Translations under genes and position numbers: made by a program | Notes under the pieces: generated by a model | The model's input: only the letters and a program-made list of their open reading frames with translations | What the model was told of the DNA's origin: nothing | Database searches by the model: none | In this document: positions 25,701-36,099 of the stretch, piece after piece | How positions within the stretch are numbered: position 1 is the stretch's first letter | Layout of the letters: each line of letters opens with the position of its first letter | Source: Botryllus schlosseri | Taxonomy: Eukaryota | Direction: 5' to 3' | NCBI GenBank assembly: GCA_051294905.1 | Contig: CM119374.1 | Location: forward strand, 8,432,001-8,496,000 | Length of the DNA stretch: 64,000 nt

Positions 25701-26068
25701 AGCTCATAATTTTTTTCATAAATCAACATATAAACATTATTTTTAGGAATATTTATGCTACATGATATTTTTCTTCGCGCTGCGCGCGATTTACCATCAC
25801 ATTAATTAATTTTAATATGGGGACTACCACCAGGATTACCATATTTGGGAATAGGGAAAGGAAGACACATTTTCAAAATTTGAATAAAAGGTCAACTTTT
25901 AACTAGCTCCCGAAATACCCGCCGGAGCGTCACTTCGGTGCTGATTTACGGCATCTCAGTGGAATTTTGGTCAAAATTTCTAAAAAAGACGACAAAATCT
26001 CAAAAAAGAAAGGACATTTAGGCGTCCTCGGAGGACATTTTCAAAAACCCGAAAAAAGGGACGTATGG
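19757..26068 (-). repeat. Left arm of a large inverted segmental duplication
   Basis: Colinear reverse-complement match to 43839-51458. Paired ORFs include 24343-24780(-) with 45129-45569(+), 24058-24306(+) with 45606-45854(-), and 19786-19974(-) with 51241-51429(+). Confidence 0.95.
22514..24878 (-). CDS. Secreted Gly/Gln/Arg/Pro-repeat protein, copy A (nonsense codon in exon 6). Exons 24833-24878, 24651-24770, 23111-23224, 22929-23006, 22786-22863, 22646-22720, 22514-22581
   Basis: Signal peptide MILIRLAVLCGLVVIA. All introns are GT-AG phase 1. Exon 6 reads GGT CAA AGT CGC CCT TGA, where copy B has GGA. Confidence 0.8.
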
Positions 26069-27372
26069 CAAGTAGGGATGATGTGAACGTGAGGTTCACG
26101 TTCGCGTTCTGTGTGTGAACCTCGGAAAATTTGAGGTTCGCGTTCACAACAGAACCTTGGTAGGTTCTGCACTGTGAACCTTTTTCATATATTGCAATTT
26201 TCACTTCATTATAACATCTTTGGTTCAAATTTATTGACTTTCAACTGCGGGCCACTTGCTATGCATGGAGCTGGCAGCATAAACATTCAACACTAAACGA
26301 GCATGCCCTTGACAATCTCAAAAAATATTGTTACAAAAGTTTGCTCGAAATATCCAGCTTTCCGTTTGTGCATATTTAGTGTCTCTGTGCTGTGAGCTTG
26401 ACCCGCAATCACATGACATCAAGAGTGAAATACACTGTATTTTGTCAGCGAATGATCCTAATTCAACCAATCAATGAGATTGATTTCGTCTTCTGATGTA
26501 AAAATCTAGCAGGCGTACGGGGTCAATCTTGACTAAATATGTATACTGTATCATAAAAACCAGATCCGTGCGACTGAGATGTTGGCTATACTGCTGTATA
26601 ACTTGTTAATGGGGTAATATCGGTAGCAAGTATAGAAACCCATTTTACACTCTGCTCAATATCCGTGTGGCAATACTCAGACGCCGAATATACATTGTCC
26701 GATCAGGTCGAAATTTATGGCAAAGCGACGCAAGATACCGATTTTATGGGATTATTATATCATTTGATTGCCTCAGTTGATACATTTGGCGACGTTTAAA
26801 ACGTCAATATGTATACTTAAGTACTGAGCTATTATGAGGCCCCGAGTCGTCGCTCTATGCAGTACCGGTACTTATGCATTGCTCTAAAGCTCGGTTTTTA
26901 ATTTGTTTTACCTGTAGAATAGATCTCGGTAATAAGAAAAGAAGTCCTGTAATATTGAGATGATTTATGTTGTCATGTTGTAGAATAAGGTGTGTCAATT
27001 ATAGTCAAATAGGTTAGATAAAGTCTATGAAATAAGTTATGCACCAGGCTTCTATAATTGCCGTTTTAGCGAGTGAAGCCATGTGATTTGACAGCGACAT
27101 TGTTATGGAGAGTATATTGTAGAGGCCTTTGCTCAGATAGGAAGTTTATTCACTCAGTCGTACTCAACAATCCAGCAGCGACGAGACCAAACACGAAAAA
27201 GACACACCAATAAAAACTTTTTTCCCCACCACCGCAAATGGTGGGTTTTGTTCTACATATATGTTCTGCATGTGTCGTAAGGTGACCGGAGTCGCGATTA
27301 CATTTATTTCTATATTAAAAAAAAAAAAAAAAAAAAAAATTTTGTGGTAAACTAACAATTATAACAATTTTG

Positions 27373-27394
27373 TGGAGTATTTGGTTGTATTAAG
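27373..27394 (+). other. Spliced-leader sequence at the 5' end of the Tx1 element
   Basis: TGGAGTATTTGGTTGTATTAAG followed by GT matches 22 of the 24 nt of the stolidobranch SL as I recall it. The motif recurs at 32899 and 32955. Confidence 0.7.
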
Positions 27395-28007
27395 GTTCGC
27401 GTAAGTATATAACGGCTATTTACAGGAGCAAGGAACGAACCGGAGCCGCTGTGGCGATAGTTTATACTTACCGTAAACGTTAGTTAATTTTGCAGTACCT
27501 AGGCTAGAATTTTCACTTAGGCTATTTTTCTCCTTCATATTTTCTCCTTTTCATCGACGGATTTCTACTTCTACTTCGGGTCTCCTTCAGACTCAAACCT
27601 CCTCCCTCCTTGGGCCTGACTCGTCTTCGTGAGTCAGGTCTAAAGGAGTCTGTTCCTACCTCCACTAGAGTTTGACTCGTCTTCGTGAGTCAACTCTAGT
27701 CGGAGTCTTTTCTCTTCAAGTCTTGACTCTCTCTCTCGAGTCAAGACTTGTCGAGTCTTTTCTTCTCTCTCGCGCCTCTCCCTTGGGCGACGAGAGACTG
27801 TCTAGCCTTAATTAACAACACGCTACGACACTGTCTAGACAGTGATCGTACGATCTTCCTGCTGTACTGAAACTGCAGTGTCGCCTTTAGCAAAGCGCGC
27901 AGAAAACGCCTCCAAAAACGCTCTATTAAGCGACAGTACAGCTTCGAATTAAAAAGAACGCAGTCTGTAGGCTAGCCCTCAAGCAACAGCAACTTGGCAA
28001 TACACAG

Positions 28008-29255
28008 ATGGCGTACGCAAGTGCACTACTAAACCAAAACAGAAACAGAATAACATATGGCTACAGGCCGCGATCCCTGGATATAGCTGCACCTCTAGGA
28101 AGCAATGCGGTAGACATCATTGACGCAATAACCAAACATCCACTCTTGAAAGAACGAAAGGATACAATAGAATCCATCTTCCAAATAGGAAGATCAACCT
28201 TCAACCTTACCTTCCATACAGAATCCCCTGTAGAAAGCCTGTTAGAAACCTTCCTTCAAGCTACCGAAGAAGGCATAGCAACAGCCACCGGCACATTGCA
28301 CCTTCATAAACCACAATTACCAGCGGTGCAAATCAACATAAGGGCTGTGCCGACAGAAGTAGACAACGAAGAAATAGAGCAAACAATCAACAGGCTTGGA
28401 TGCGGTACAATAAGAACAATCAAACACATCTACCACAGGGGAACCCAAATACACAATGGATACAGACAGGTAACCATCGATAGATACGTGCCTGGGAAAA
28501 TACCACCCTTCCTATATTTAGGCAGAGCGCCCTGCAAGATCTACCTACCTGCAGCCGAAGAGATAAACAGATGTTACAGATGTCTGAGAACAGGGTATAC
28601 CGCAGCAGACTGTCCAAATGAAACGGCCTGCCTACTCTGCAAAGAATACGGCCATAAAAGAGACCAATGTCCAAAAAACAGAAGTCCAGAGGATGAAATG
28701 CAGCTCTCCAACACAAACCCAGGGGAAGAACAAACACAGCCTGAAAATGAACAACAACAACAAACACAGAGCCAACCACCTATAGATAGCCAAAACATCA
28801 TTGAGAACTCTGAGGCCGAGAACTCTGCGGACGAAAAAGAAGATCTACAAGAAGAACCACATGACTTCTTTAACCTAGCAGACAAGACCCCGCCTACACC
28901 AGAAAACTCAGAACTAGATACAACAATAAGACCCGGAGAGGAAACAGAACTCAACAGCGAAAATGAACAAAATAACACAACAGATGAGGAACTGCAAATA
29001 ATAACAAGCGACGAAGAGAAACAACAAGACGCAGAAATAACCCTAACCCAAAAAAAGTCGAAAACAATAAAAAGCCGAACAGGCCAAACGGCAACCATAA
29101 CAAGGAATTGGGAAAGATGAAACTTCACCGCACAGGAATTCTTTAACGCACCCTCACCAAACAAAAGACAACAAAGCGACCGTAGCCCCACGACACAAAA
29201 CGAAAGCTCTGCAAGAAGGAAATTACTGAAAGCAGACATCGAACTGAAAAAGTAG
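28008..29255 (+). CDS. Tx1 ORF1p (RRM-like region, two zinc knuckles, acidic tail); premature TGA at 29118-29120
   Basis: CYRCLRTGYTAADC and CLLCKEYGHKRDQC knuckles. The frame stays open past the TGA to a TAG at 29253-29255, just before ORF2. Confidence 0.85.
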
Positions 29256-29280
29256 CCAGCCCCTGTCCTGTCTAATCCTA

Positions 29281-32200
29281 ATGGCGATGAATATCATATC
29301 CCTAAATGCCAATGGAATGGGAACACATTGGGTAAAAATGAAAAATTTACTCAGATGCGAAAAGAATTGGAATATTATTTGTATCCAAGAAACGCACAGA
29401 GCAGACACAGAGAAAATAGAAAAATGGGCACAACAGAATGACTTACTTTATTATCCAAATCACATTACTGTAGGACAAAATTGGACGGACATGGACGAAA
29501 ACAAAAAACACTACTACAGAGGCACTGGGATATTCGCCAGAAAGGACTTAAAAAATAAATACCACATAAAACACCAGATAGTAAGACAGGACAGGATACA
29601 GACACTACGACTAACCGATAAAGAAACAACCGACATCGCTACCCTATACAATGTGTATGGACCCAGCGATGTCGGAAAATACCAAACTGACTTCTACCGA
29701 GAATTAACATGTCATATAGAAAATAACACCCCTGAGAGCGCGATTATCTGTGGCGACTTTAATGTCGTCACAGATAAGAAAGACTCTAAGAACATCGACA
29801 ATTTCAAACTTACGCCTGCTGCTAAAATATGGAAGACCTTCATAGAAACGAATAAGATCAGAGACATATGGCGTTGGCGAAACCCAAATAAAAAACTATA
29901 TACAGTAATGAAAGCGCATCAATCCCGAAGAGTAGATAGAACCTACGCCTCGGAAAACCTACTCCCGCGGGTGAAAAGAAGCGAATACAAACTCAACAAC
30001 GTAGCTGACCATATATTCATGCAGAAAACACAGGTAGTCGAACCACTGAACATCGCATGGGGAAAACCACTATGGAAAAACGACATCAGACTCTACTCTG
30101 ACGAAACCTTGTACAAAAAAATAAAAATAACCCTTAAAAAATGCGCGAAGAAGAAACATAGCTTTGAAAACGTGTACCAATGGTGGGATTATTTAAAGAA
30201 AGAACTAACCAAACATAGAGGAAAGAAGAAAGATCAACATCCTCAGAGGAAATATAAACCGAATACAAAACAATGTAACTATGGCAGACGAAGCCATAAA
30301 ACAGATAAAGGAACTCAAAAAAGATCGAGAATGACAAACTCTGAGACATAGATGCACGCTTGACAAACTGAGACATAGATGCACGCTTTATAAAATGAGA
30401 GACATAGAGGAGAATGAAAAACCAACGAGATATTTCTTCACAAAAATAGCCCAGCGAAAGCAAAGCAAAATGATTGCAGCAGTTCTAAACCAACGGGGCA
30501 AAGAACTTACAACCAAAGAAGAAATCATCCAAGAGGTTTATGGATTCTACAACAATCTATGGGGGAAATCTCCCAGTGAGAATCCCCGCCTCCAAGAAGA
30601 ATATGCTGCAGAAATTGCGGACATAGAGGCAACCGAACAAGAACGAAAAGACCTCGAAACGCAAATAGACGAGACTGAGATCAAAACGATCCTAAATAAA
30701 ATGGAAAGCGGAAAGACCCCAGGGTCTGACGGGCTCTCCAAAGAATTTTACCAAACCTACTGGTCAATCCTCAAGAAAGACCTACTAGAGGTGATTAATA
30801 ACGCCTACTGCTTTGGAGGCTTGTGTCAAACATGGATGGAGGGCACAACTACCGTAATCTACAAAAAAGGAGAGCCAAAACTTTTAAAAAACTGGAGGCC
30901 AATAACCTTATTAAACACAGATTATAAAATACTAACCAGCATCTTGGCGGCAAGATTGAAACCCATACTCCCAAATTTTATTCTTGGAACACAAAAATGC
31001 GCTATTCGCGGACGACATATAACAGACATACTAAGAAATACTCAGGCAACATTTGAACACGCAACGGAAAGAAAACGAGAACTACTTATTGTAAACTTGG
31101 ACCAGGAAAAAGCTTTTGACACGATTAATCACAAATATCTCTACAGTATACTCGAAAACTACAGACTCCCCAAACCCTTCGTCCAACTGATAAAAAACAT
31201 ATACAACTCCGCAAAAAGCAGAATTCTAGTAAATGGCGCCCTAACAGATCCCATCAACATCAAAAGGGGGATAAGGCAGGGGTGTCCACTGAGCATGTGT
31301 TTATATGCCATCAGCTGTGACCCCCTGGCCAGAAAAATAACGAAAAACGAAAAAATAAGACCTTTCAAAATAGGCAGCGAAAGTATAAAAATACAACAGT
31401 ACGCCGATGATATCACGTGCTACCTTGGGAGAGAGGAGGACATCGATGCCGTATTCGAAGAATTCCAAAAATATGAACGGGCAACCGGGCAAAAATTAAA
31501 TCCAGAAAAAACAGAAATATTGCACATCAATTCGAGAACAGGAGCTAGAACAGGAAAATTCGAGAATCAAAAAAAAGAACGGATTAAAATATTGGGCCAA
31601 TACTTCGGAAAAAACCAATACAATGAAACCTGGACCGAAAACAGACTAAAAATACTACGAACCCTGATGGCCTACAGGCACAGAAAACTGACCTGGATGG
31701 GAAAAAAGGCCATCTTGAACTCCCTGGCAACAACAAAAATTCTGTACAATGCCCGAGTTATACCACCGAGTAAAGAAGATCAAAAAGAACTCGAAAAAAT
31801 ATATTTTAAATTCTTATGGCATCCCCATAAAATGGAGGCAATATCACGAAAAACGCTGATCGCCGAAAGAGAGAAAGGAGGACTCAGAATCCCAGATATA
31901 GAGTCACGCATAAGAGCAATAGAACTCGAAAAAATCGCAACGTTAAAAAATCTGGAAAAACCAACCGAAATATGGCATAAATATGCCATATATGAGGTCG
32001 GAACAAAAATAAAAGCTATACGGCCCAGTCTCTATAACAACAACGAGAGACACAAATATCCTACACCGAAAAGATGGACAGAAAGTATAGACTTGGCGAA
32101 AAAAATCGGATGGGAGGAAGAAGAGTGGAAAGAGAGTTCCCACAAAGAACTGTATAAAGAAATAAAAAATCTCAAAGAAAACGAGATAGAATTCCGAACA

Positions 32201-32740
32201 CAACACGGAAAGAAAATAAAAATGACAAAAATAACCAAAACCAAATGTTTTGGGAAAAACATGATAACTAATAGTGAAATGATCATAAACTATCGAGTAG
32301 CACATGACGGGTATATATTTGGACAGAAAAAAAGAATACGGAACTTAACAGAAGACAAAAATGGCAGGAAATTACTTCTGAACTGCAAATTTTGTAACTC
32401 GAGCAATGATTGCGCAAAACATATATTCACTGAATGCAAATACATCGCAAAATTGAAAAGGAAAATCCAAAAAACGCTAGGACTCGAACTAGACAACGAC
32501 TTAATAATGTACAATACCGGAAGAAAAAAAATCAACTGGATCATTGCATCGATCATGAAAAAGGCGATATTAAACCTGAAGATCGCTCTCGACATTGACA
32601 ATAAAAAAATAGAAAACGAAGGATTGGAGATGAAAATCCTACGAAAAATCAAAAAACGACTAGAAAGCCTAGATAACAACAAACAGGTGACCCAACTAGT
32701 CAAAAAAATAGAGAAAAGACTAGATAGAATAGGAAAATAA
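29281..32740 (+). pseudogene. Tx1 ORF2p (APE endonuclease, RT, C-terminal CCHC), frameshifted near 30240-30395
   Basis: IISLNANG, CIQETH, ICGDFN, RVDRTY, DH; KTPGSDGL, WRPITLLNTDYKIL, DQEKAFD, RQGCPLS, QYADD; CKFCNSSNDCAKHIFTEC. An approximately 27-bp tandem duplication lies at 30341-30395. Confidence 0.93.
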
Positions 32741-32898
32741 TAGCGAAGTGAAAAAAAAGGGCCAAAAAATGGGGGGAAAATGAAGATCAAAAACTCGGAA
32801 AAGACGTGCCACAGAAGAACCAACCTTCTCCTGTGAATGGAAATATCAGGAGGACACAAGACCCACACCCAATGTCAACATAGAGTATCTGAGTTGAG

Positions 32899-32923
32899 AT
32901 TGGAGTATTTGGTTGTAATGAGG
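32899..32923 (+). other. SL-like motif inside the Tx1 3' UTR
   Basis: ATTGGAGTATTTGGTTGTA (19 nt identical to the SL 5' part) followed by ATGAGG instead of TTAAGG. Confidence 0.7.
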
Positions 32924-32924
32924 C

Positions 32925-32955
32925 ACTACGCTTGATCTTAGCCATAAAGGCCGAG
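32925..32955 (-). ncRNA. U2: Antisense fragment of U2 snRNA (about nt 8-37)
   Basis: The reverse complement CTCGGCCTTTATGGCTAAGATCAAGCGTAGT differs from canonical U2 CTCGGCCTTTTGGCTAAGATCAAGTGTAGT by one insertion and one substitution. Confidence 0.88.
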
Positions 32956-33404
32956 GAGTATTTGGTTGTATTAAGGTAAGCATCGGCCTGGCTGATGCGG
33001 AACCCTTGTGGTACAACCGATACTTCCAATCACTTGTACACCTAGGAGAAGTATGGCCGTCAGGCCTTCATGCTCCGCACCGGGATCTGTGTCAGCTTGA
33101 CTGGCCAGTATCCCAGTCACAAGTATGGTGGCGGCGGGACAAGCCTCCGCAGACGCCCCCAGCCAAAGCCTGCTTGTGACAACTGTTTGCACCAACAAGT
33201 GACGAAACTTATTGGAGAAAAAAGCAAACAGGAAGCAACCTTTTGGGAGCTCTTGGGTCCTTTCGACCCAAGAGTGACCTATTAAGGCGCTTGTGGCAAT
33301 AGTCCGGTGGTGTAGTGCCACATGGGCTGCCGCAAGCGTAACGGGGTGGAGGTTTACTGCGGTTCCTCCAGGTTACCCCTAAAAAAAAAAAAAAAAAAAA
33401 AAAA
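32930..33404 (+). mobile_element. 475-bp non-autonomous poly(A) retroelement (SINE-like) with a U2-antisense/SL head
   Basis: Perfect 17-bp TSD TTGTAATGAGGCACTAC (32913-32929, 33405-33421). (A)24 tail. 3' hairpin GTAAC..TGGAGG/CCTCCA..GTTAC. SL GGAGTATTTGGTTGTATTAAG followed by GTAAG at 32955-32980. Confidence 0.88.
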
Positions 33405-33670
33405 TTGTAATGAGGCACTACTGCCCGAAAAGGCGGAAACACAAAAATAAATAAGAGAAAAATAAAGAAGAACCTGTCACACTTGCCTAAGCACTGTTCA
33501 AACCCCTCAGTTAGAAAGGAAAAGGAAAAAAAAATAAAAAATAAAAAAGAAGAACCTCAAAACCCCCAGACCGGAGCAGGCACCTATACCAGATGTAGAG
33601 AGGGCCTGCGATGGTCTGGGTATCCGGAGAGCCGCAAAAAAAAAAAAAAAAAAATATTTATTTCTAGATT

Positions 33671-33691
33671 GTACTCGCTTCGGCGGTACAC

Positions 33692-33727
<36 letters not shown>

Positions 33728-33734
33728 GGCCCCT
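33671..33734 (+). ncRNA. U6: U6 snRNA 5' portion (nt 1-64), interrupted
   Basis: GTACTCGCTTCGGCGGTACACATACTAAAATTGGAACGATACAGAGAAGATTAGCATGGCCCCT includes the ACAGAGA box and compensatory 5' stem changes. I found no U6 3' half in the window. Confidence 0.95.
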
Positions 33735-36095
33735 ACCTGCGGTTCTTCTCTGTTGGTGTCCCGAATTTTGCGTCACTGAGCTTGTTGCAACCATGGCAAC
33801 CTGAGCTTGCAACCATGGCAACCTGAGATTGCGACCATGAAACCTTTGCGTGCAACCATGGGCATCAAAACAATGAGATTGCCCTCCTGATCTGGTAAGA
33901 CGGAGTCTGGATGGCTTTCAAGTCACATAGATATTTCTGCTCACGTCGCTACACCACCTATCTGAACGGCGTACGTGATTTATGAGTACACAATACGCAC
34001 ATAGAAGCGGAAATAGCGTTGTCAATTTCTACCTACCTGCCCGGGCAATTATAAAATAGAACCACTTTGAGGTAGTTGGAAAACTCTGCTACTTGAAGTA
34101 GAAGGAATTACTTTATTACTGGTCACCTCTATTGAGAACAAGGCGAAGTCATGCTGCCGTGGGCCGGCGGGAGAGGGTGGATAAAAATACGAAAAAAATA
34201 CTCCTCTTTCTGTTCTGGATCACACAGTCGCTGCCTACTTCTTTCATTGCATTCTAGATCAACCATTTCTGGGATCACTCGCAATATGTCACTATATTGT
34301 CTTATACCAAAATACTCACATTATTCTACTTGCTGCAAAGGACATCTCCCTGCGAATCCACTGCAGAATTTGAAAGCAAAATTATCTTCAAGTTTTATCA
34401 GAACACCATGATGGTCACAACGAATTGTAGAAATCAGTATTGCAATTTACAGACATTACTACCAAAACAATCACAGGAACGAAACGGAACTGAAGGCAGA
34501 AGCTTTCACATTCACAGTCTTAATATCAAAGCATAAAATGGTGCATGATTCAAATGCTCAGAGCCAGAGGTCAATTATTGCAATAACTGCAACAGCGTAC
34601 TGCAGTGTAGAGGAACTAAAATAACAATAACAAAGTAAACATTTAAAAAACTAGAATGGACACACCAATCGGAGTCAATTATTGCAATATATGCGATAAC
34701 AAATGAAGCACTTTCAGGAAATTGAAACACAGGAAATTGAAACATGACTATAAGCTAGTCAACTTGGATGTTACAGTTGTAACGCAAGAGTGAAACATCA
34801 AATACAATACTAAAATATATCATATTGAAAGCACCAGGCACAGCAAATAGGTCCAGACATCTATCAGCACAGTATAAATGAAGAAATTGGCAGTACAGAA
34901 AAATCGTTACGAAGATGCAAAGTAAAATTCACAACATGATTAGCAGAAGCCCACAGTTGAAAATATTATTGTTATTGTAATAAAACATTGACTGCAAAGG
35001 AATCATGATGCATCAAGTAATAGAAAGCATTATTTTCGTGCCGCGCGTCTGCCATACCCTTTCTTTTTCAATTCATTCAGCCAAACATCATGACTGACAT
35101 TGGACGTTGCAGCACAAAACTGATTACCGTAAAATTGTTTATGGCTATCAGTATTCCTGGGACTGCCACATTTGCTGCATATAGGTGGTCCGGTTCTCGG
35201 CGCATATTTTTTACGAGAGCACATGCCAGCAGTTTCTTCGACAGAACGCCTCTTCCTGTAAGATAGCGTGCTGCGAGGAATCGATGAGGCTGGAGGCGCA
35301 GCAGCAGATCGTATCTTAGCAGTGCCAAAAGTATTGTCTGACATATTTGGTACAAACTTCTCGAGCTGGACTTTTGGAGTAGGTAGCGCTGCAGGTTTCC
35401 CTTGGCCCTGTGGTAAATCATCAGTAGCTGTTGCTGCATCATGAATGCGAATCCCCTGGCGCAGAACAGCTCTTTCCATTCGTGTCTCGTCATTTTTATA
35501 CCTAAAGAAGAATATTGAATCACAAAAAGGACTTATAATAAGTCTAATAATTATTCATACCAGTTCAGAATTGTCCTCTGATTAAGTTCCGGCAATTGTA
35601 TGCTTGTATTTGTCATAATAGTGCTATTGTTCAGTACACACTTCCGGATATTCTTGTATGCAGTTCCCACATGTGACCAACGGTCTTTACTACCTGGAAT
35701 CCATACGACAGTTAATGACGAATTGGATTGCGACTTCGGTAAGCACAGGATTTCATACTGAGAAATAGATCGCAAAGTTTTGATACGGTTTGCTCCACGT
35801 ATCTATTGCAGTCAGGTCGCTGGGCAGGTCCAGAGCTGCTACCGTAAAAGCACCTACAAAATAGAAATATAAAAATATTAGGATATATATGTATAACTTG
35901 AAGATTACAAAATAACTTACTTTTTTGTAGCTACTACACCCGGTGTTGCATCAGATTTTGAAGACTTGAATCTTCCACCTGGATTTTAGCCTTTCTGTAC
36001 ATAGGTGCAAATGTAGTAGGCTGTTGATCATAATGGTGAAGTCTGGACCACAACGTTAATATACGTTCGGCGTCTCCTTCACTCAATGAGCCATT
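33735..36095 (-). mobile_element. Dada-U6-like DNA transposon remnant (terminus plus transposase C-terminal exons)
   Basis: Starts at the U6 break. TCTTCTCTGT (33744-33753) is the inverted repeat of the U6 ACAGAGAAGA (33711-33720). Approximately 22-bp subterminal repeats follow. Minus-strand fragments ERILTLWSRLHHYDQQP, RCFYGSSSGPAQRPDCNRYVE, IQLPELNQRTILNWY and ICSKCGSPRNTDSHKQFYGNQFC resemble Dada/DUF6729-type proteins as I recall them. Confidence 0.7.
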
Positions 36096-36099
36096 ACAA

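Larger units (their letters stand above)
27317..33655 (+). mobile_element. Full-length Tx1-clade (L1 superfamily) non-LTR retrotransposon, inactivated
   Basis: ORF1, EN/RT ORF2, structured 3' UTR and (A)19 tail (33636-33654). Flanked by a 15-bp TSD with one mismatch: ATTTATTTCTATATT (27302-27316) and ATTTATTTCTAGATT (33656-33670). Confidence 0.9.

Noticed and set aside
28420-32868. Long minus-strand ORFs over the Tx1 element (and similar ones over the R4 element)
   Set aside because: They are antisense shadows of A-rich retrotransposon ORFs, are low complexity and show no motifs.
27373-32977. The SL copies at 27373 and 32955 as the TSD of the Tx1 element
   Set aside because: The 32955 copy lies inside the separately TSD-flanked 475-bp element. 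The Tx1 3' UTR continues to the poly(A) at 33654, which has its own 15-bp TSD.
33405-33445. Hammerhead ribozyme at TAATGAGGCACTACTGCCCGAAAAGGCGGAAAC
   Set aside because: A GCC/GGC stem and GAAAC are present, but the CUGAnGA core is not correctly placed.
33671-33734. A functional U6 gene or a U6-headed SINE
   Set aside because: Only nt 1-64 are present. What follows is a DNA-transposon-like terminus and antisense transposase exons, with no poly(A) tail or TSD for a U6-headed unit.
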